A stretch of 58,363 bases of DNA, the filler included, from Sluysia triapertura (lineage: Eukaryota), in NCBI GenBank assembly GCA_046118255.1. It is 5 parts of 5 records of this genome, joined end to end, with 100 filler letters (N's around TTAATTAATTAA, not from the genome) between each part and the next. Parts side by side here need not be neighbours in the genome. Positions count along the whole stretch, not along the records: positions 47,354 to 58,363 come from JBJNIA010190219.1; 4 more parts are not named here. The stretch is one strand, 5' to 3'. The notes beneath the pieces are model-generated. The model was not told the DNA's origin. It searched no databases and was given only the letters and a program-made list of their open reading frames with translations. Positions 52,960-58,363 of the stretch are shown one piece after another. The position numbers and the translations under genes were made by a program. Every line of letters starts with the position of its first letter. Within the stretch, counting starts at the first letter, position 1.

Positions 52960-53830
52960 TTTACAGAAGAGCGGATCCTCTACAAAGGTCAGACAAAATT
53001 AGGAATTTATTTTTCTCTAATACTGAGAAAAAATTATTCGAAGATATCATCAAAAGAGTTATATCCACTGTTTAAATTAGGTTGAAGGCTTTTATTTTAA
53101 TTTAAGAAGTTATATCATAATTCAATATTTAAAAGCCTTGGCACATTAGTGCCAGTTTTCTTAAAAATGAATGATATTTCTATAAGAACTAGAACTTCAG
53201 TTACACAGCGACATAGAAAAAAGCTCAATTATATAAAAGCTCAAATACACAATAAATTTAAGGAAAAGGTGTGAATATCTAATTAGTTTCAGATAATTCG
53301 GATATTCCTTCATTTCAAACATTGGATTTCAAGGGAGTTAAGGCAACCTCTACTAAAACTATGTGTAATAAAAGTATAGGTTTATAGTTATGTTGGAAGC
53401 TTATGGTTTTTGCAAGAAAATTTTTAATTTTTATATAATTTTTAAAAGAAAGTCTTTATCCAAAAGCATTCAGTAGCCAGCTGGAATGGTTGTTAAAGCA
53501 CAAGAAAATGGATATATGAATGAGAAGTTGAGGAGATTGGATTAAAACTTATTTGGTGAAAGGATAGAAAAAACATATTCTGATGCCATTTTATGCCAAC
53601 TGTAAAAGAAATTTTGGCAATAATATTGTGATAATTCCTTGCGGAATGACGGGACAACTTCAAGTTATGCGTGTAGTTTACAATATGGAATGAGTGGATA
53701 CTTTCTGTGTACCATCATTTACTGCTTCAGGAAGGAGAAAAAAGTTGATTTAGAAATCATTTGTAAATGAATTCAAAAATCGTGAACTGAAGTTAGTGAG
53801 GAAATTATTATCAAATTATTATTATGTTTC
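52960..53830 (+). mobile_element. Decayed pogo (POGK-like) transposase
   Basis: ISIRTRTSVTQ, TLDFKGVK, PAGMVVKAQENGYMNE, IIPCGMTGQLQV, FTASGRRKK..VSEEIIIK. Confidence 0.8.
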
Positions 53831-54799
53831 CATCACAATCCTCTTAAATCATTAAAAAATTTTATTTTCCAAAAAAAGAAATTTATTTTCTTTTGACAAA
53901 ATAAAATTCGTTTCTAAAAATAGAATAGAATATTCCATCGATTCTTATTGGCTGATGACTAATATATAAACTAGCATCAGTTTAATCATAGGCGCTGTTT
54001 TATTTATTAGCTACTTTGCAATCATTATCTGATTAGCAGCCATTTTATTTACTTAAAACCACAATTGGAAGAAGTTTAATCCATTATTATCATACAGAGA
54101 ATTCGCCACTGATAATTTAATGATACTAGGCAACGTCAGAATTTTGATCTGCTTCAATTCGATTGCAATAATTTTTGAATAATTTGCTCGAAACAATAAT
54201 CATCAACTTCTATGAAGTTTTCCTTGTCAATCGTAAGTTATTTTTATTAAGGAGATAATAATTTTTCATTAAAATATACGCAAAATTCAGTTTAGATGTT
54301 CATATTCCCGATTTATTGAGGGATAACATCAGTTTTAAATTTTCTTTCTTATATCAAATTAAAGACCCTAAGTGGTTATACATTTAACTTTAATTTTTGA
54401 ACTTTGTGTCTATCCTCTAACGTGTTTAATTATTTTAAGAAAAGAATTGTGTAGAAAATAGTTAATTGTTATTGCGTATTTTTGAATATAGACTTTTGTC
54501 GATTTATTGTTTCATTTAGAAAAGACGGATTTAATCCCTTTTTGTGGCAGAAAAGGATAAGATTATTTAGAAAAACCACGTCTAAAATTATTTAAAATGT
54601 AAGAAAGTCAAAATTAAATTAATTTGAATTTTATTAATAGTCGTTGATTTTTAGGCACTCTTAAGTAAACACTGTAGACGCGTGACTTGTGAAATTTACA
54701 ACTAAATATAAGATATATTAGAGGAAAGATATTTTATTTTAAAATCTGTTGATGTTTAGTTAGAAAAACGCCTACATTACGTTGTAAGTCGTTTACTGT

Positions 54800-54960
54800 A
54801 AACGAATTTTTACTGTTGAAGAATTTTTGTTCTAGAACCGCAGCATATTCCAGAAATGTTGTCTGACTAATGCTTTGGATGGATCAGGAGACAGTATCAT
54901 TTGGGCGAACGATATATCTGATATAGGGAATGAAAGAGATTATACTGATGATATGAAAAA
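54800..54960 (+). mobile_element. pogo C-terminal fragment
   Basis: QKCCLTNALDGSGDSIIW resembles FKKCxISNALDGSEDD. Confidence 0.6.
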
Positions 54961-56212
54961 TGAATTAATGTTTGGAGACATTGATGAAACTGAAAATGTA
55001 ACAAAAAGTTAAGATGAAAATAATGATTTCCATAATGAAAAAATTTTCTTAGGATACAAATTGATTTTTTGTAACAATTTATTATTTACTAAATTTCTAA
55101 TTTTCCAAACAGGAAAAAATTATTTCCTGTTGCATCATTGTATAATAAACAGTGCAATTATCATCCAAAAAATAGGAAAAAAGCGCATTATGATGAATAT
55201 TTACGGTAGTGCAAAATCCATTAAAATAAGTAGATACATAAAAGGATTTAAAAATAAAATTTTTTCGCACGTCATTAAATGACAACTGTTAAATGTAAGC
55301 CGAATAGAAAATCCACGCGTGGATTATTTGGATTATAAGAAGAAAAGTTTTTGGACGCGGTGTCTTATTGAATTCATCACCAAAAGAATAAACAGGTTAG
55401 ATATTGTTTTTAAATAGCAGGTAGTATTTTTAAGTTAAATAATTATTCACTAAAAGGCAATCTTTTCTTTTATAATTATTGGGAATTGATTAATATCTTC
55501 CATATGCTTAATCAAATATGCTTCAATCAAATGTTACATTGCAGAATAATTTTTATTAAAATCTATAATGATGCACAGAAACCTTAGAAATATGCAATCC
55601 AAATATTATTAATACGGTAAATAAAATGTAAATACTTATAAAATATTTAATAAGATATATAATTTATATAAGATATATAAATCCTTCAAGAATGATAATA
55701 ATTGTAAAAGTTGCATATAAAATTTATCTATATTTTGTTATTATTTTGTATTTTATATTTTATTTTTTTAGTAAATATTGTAACAAATATAAATATTTTA
55801 AAAATTATAAATATTGAAAATGGTAAAAATTATATCATTAAAAATTATAAATAAAATTAAATTATTTCAATTTACAAAGAAAAAAGAATACTCTAGAAGT
55901 AAATAGTTTAAATCAATCAAAAATTATTAATGTGGCTTTTAATAGCCAATAAACTATATATATGCAATGTAAATTAGATAATAAGGAACGCCGTTTTATT
56001 TATGAAGCAAAATTTATTTTTTGGATAAAGTCACAATTGCACAATTATACTGTACAAATTGTTTGGATTCGTCAACGCAACCAATTGTTTAATAATTATT
56101 AATTATTAAAATAATTGTTTATACCAAATAGTAATTTTAATTTATACAGCTGTGTAAACTCTTTAGTTATATAAAAGTTAGAAAATTATACTTAAAATCA
56201 CATTTTTTGCGT

Positions 56213-57341
56213 TGTGTGGTGTCAAACTTATTCATAAATTCTTAACGAATTCAATTACAAATATTTCATACGCATTTCAACTTCGTTACATATTGTACAC
56301 ACGATAACATCTAAAATAAAATTCTAAATATATTCTAAACTACAGTAATTAATCATACTAGCATTACGTTTAACTCGCCTCTTTCCTCTGCATTAACATC
56401 GTATTATTATTACATCTTTTCTTTTTATATTATTACTTATTACCTTTTGAAATGGTCCACTACTACCACCATTACGATTGTCACTTTAAGGAGCCAATCA
56501 ATAATCAATAATGTGATTCATTTCTTACCTCCCATTAATAAAAAATCTATTTCGCAAAAGGAGGCATTTAATGAAGACGTAGTGAAACAACCAATGTATG
56601 AGATATGCAAGATTATGAAGAATATATATATGATAAAAATGAAATTAATGAATTTAATATAACTTTAGCATCAATATTAAAAGAATTTCCATTGTCATAC
56701 AAAATTGAAAATAAGTACACTTATGTTTATAGACAGTACTCTCTTTGTGATTTAAAGGAAACGTTGTTAAGATATGGTGCGTATGGACAATATCGATTAA
56801 TTGAAAAAGTTATTGAAAAATAATTATTTTTGTTTGTAAAAGTTAAATAAAAAATTATAGAAAGTTTTAAAAATTTATTTTAAAAATGAATTTGTTTATG
56901 TTGCATGTATTTTCTTGTTTTAATAATAAGAAATTTTGAAAAAATTTAAAGAGTATTCTAAATATCTTGAGATATCAAATCAAGATACTGAAATGAGGTA
57001 AAATTACCAAATCGAATAAAGTTTAAATTTCCTTTTGAAAAAGAAGCATCATTGATTTAAAAGTTTTATTTTAAATTTAGCTTAAAATTTTGTGTTAGCT
57101 TTTGTTTTGGATTTAAATTTCATTATTTTTATAATGTGGAAGGCATTAAGCCGAATTTTAATGTTTTGAAATTTGATGTTTTATTAAATTTGAATAATAT
57201 AAAGGGCCTTAAGTCCATATTTCATAAATTCGTTTGAAGTGAGCCTTAAGCCCAAGTTTGGTAATTCTGTTTACAACAATATAGTTTTTAAATGTACGAA
57301 TATTTTATGCATCAAAGGCTCAAATTCAAACCAGCCATTCC
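56213..57341 (+). repeat. Dispersed repeat, copy 2 (homologue 44720-46282)
   Basis: Collinear blocks as for copy 1; includes the short ORF 56605-56823. Confidence 0.7.
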
Positions 57342-58363
57342 ACGTTGGTCCTTAAGATCAATAGTAAAATACTACCAAATTGATCGAGCCTTCGGACTAC
57401 ATCTAATTAAACTACTATTGTTATTATCATTTTGTAATTTTGTTTAGTATTATTAAGTCGTTTTTATAATTGTGCATATCATTTATAGTTCCGCTAATTT
57501 GTTTTATCATTTTAATAATATATATTTAAAAATATTCGTTGTTTTTCTTATAGAGTTAACCTAAATATATTCGTTAAAATACATTGCATAAAACTCTTGC
57601 AGCATACATTCGACGTAAACTTCTTACATTGCAATCAAGTACTTACGAAAATTCACCTTACTTGCAAGTACGCCATTTGTAAGTCGTAAATTGGAAGCAG
57701 ACTCTCAACTTTTATTTTGCTGTTAAATTAGATTTAAGATATAAAAACCAAAGCATAATCTTATGGAAAAACTCAGAAATTTGAATCAAATTTAGAATAA
57801 CAAGAACGAAGAATGGATCTACAAGAAATGCAAAAATGAATTAATAACATGATGGATGGAAATGATTATATTTTAGAATAGACCTATAATATAGCTATAA
57901 TATAGAATAAATAGTAAAGTGGATGAAAATTATAATATAGAAGTAAATTGACTATTATGTGGAGAAAATTAGCCATATAACGGTAAAAAATTTACGGAAT
58001 AAGATTAAAATGTATTATGTTATTACTCGTTATACAATGAAATAAACTATAGAGAAAAAATAATTATGAACTTATAATAGAATAGAATTAGAAAAACTTT
58101 TGGCTGTAGTATAATGCCATTAAAAAATGATAGAGAAAGATTGAGTACTTAATATACAAAATACGACTCTGCCTTTACAAATCATGCCAAAAATAATTTG
58201 AAAATAATAAAATGAAAATTTTAATAATAATAACAACGATAATAATAATTTTAATATTTATTTAGAATAAATATAATTATACAGTATACTATAATTAAGA
58301 AAATACTATACTATTAATAATTTATTATTAATAATATATTAATAGTATCATATGTTCTTAATT

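Overview
AT-rich eukaryotic (animal-like) genomic scaffold with very short GT-AG introns (33-52 nt) and N-gaps; this fits a compact parasite genome such as an orthonectid, but the species is inference only. It holds one clearly intact gene (LRRC61-like) and one largely intact secreted JmjC/cupin gene. There are also decayed gene copies (Rab24-like, unkempt ZnF x2, PMCA, PSMB1) and many DNA-transposon relics (mariner, pogo, piggyBac and hAT MITEs). The main observation is an apparent tRNA-targeting retrotransposon system. A tRNA-Ala/Cys-like cassette occurs three times: once uninterrupted (32072-32143) and twice split at about the same position (D-arm/anticodon-arm boundary) by two divergent NeSL/Utopia-clade non-LTR retrotransposons with a restriction-like endonuclease (RLE). 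Next to the second is a 5' element segment encoding a zinc finger and a Ulp1-type SUMO protease. Homology calls come from manual translation and motif recognition, not database searches.
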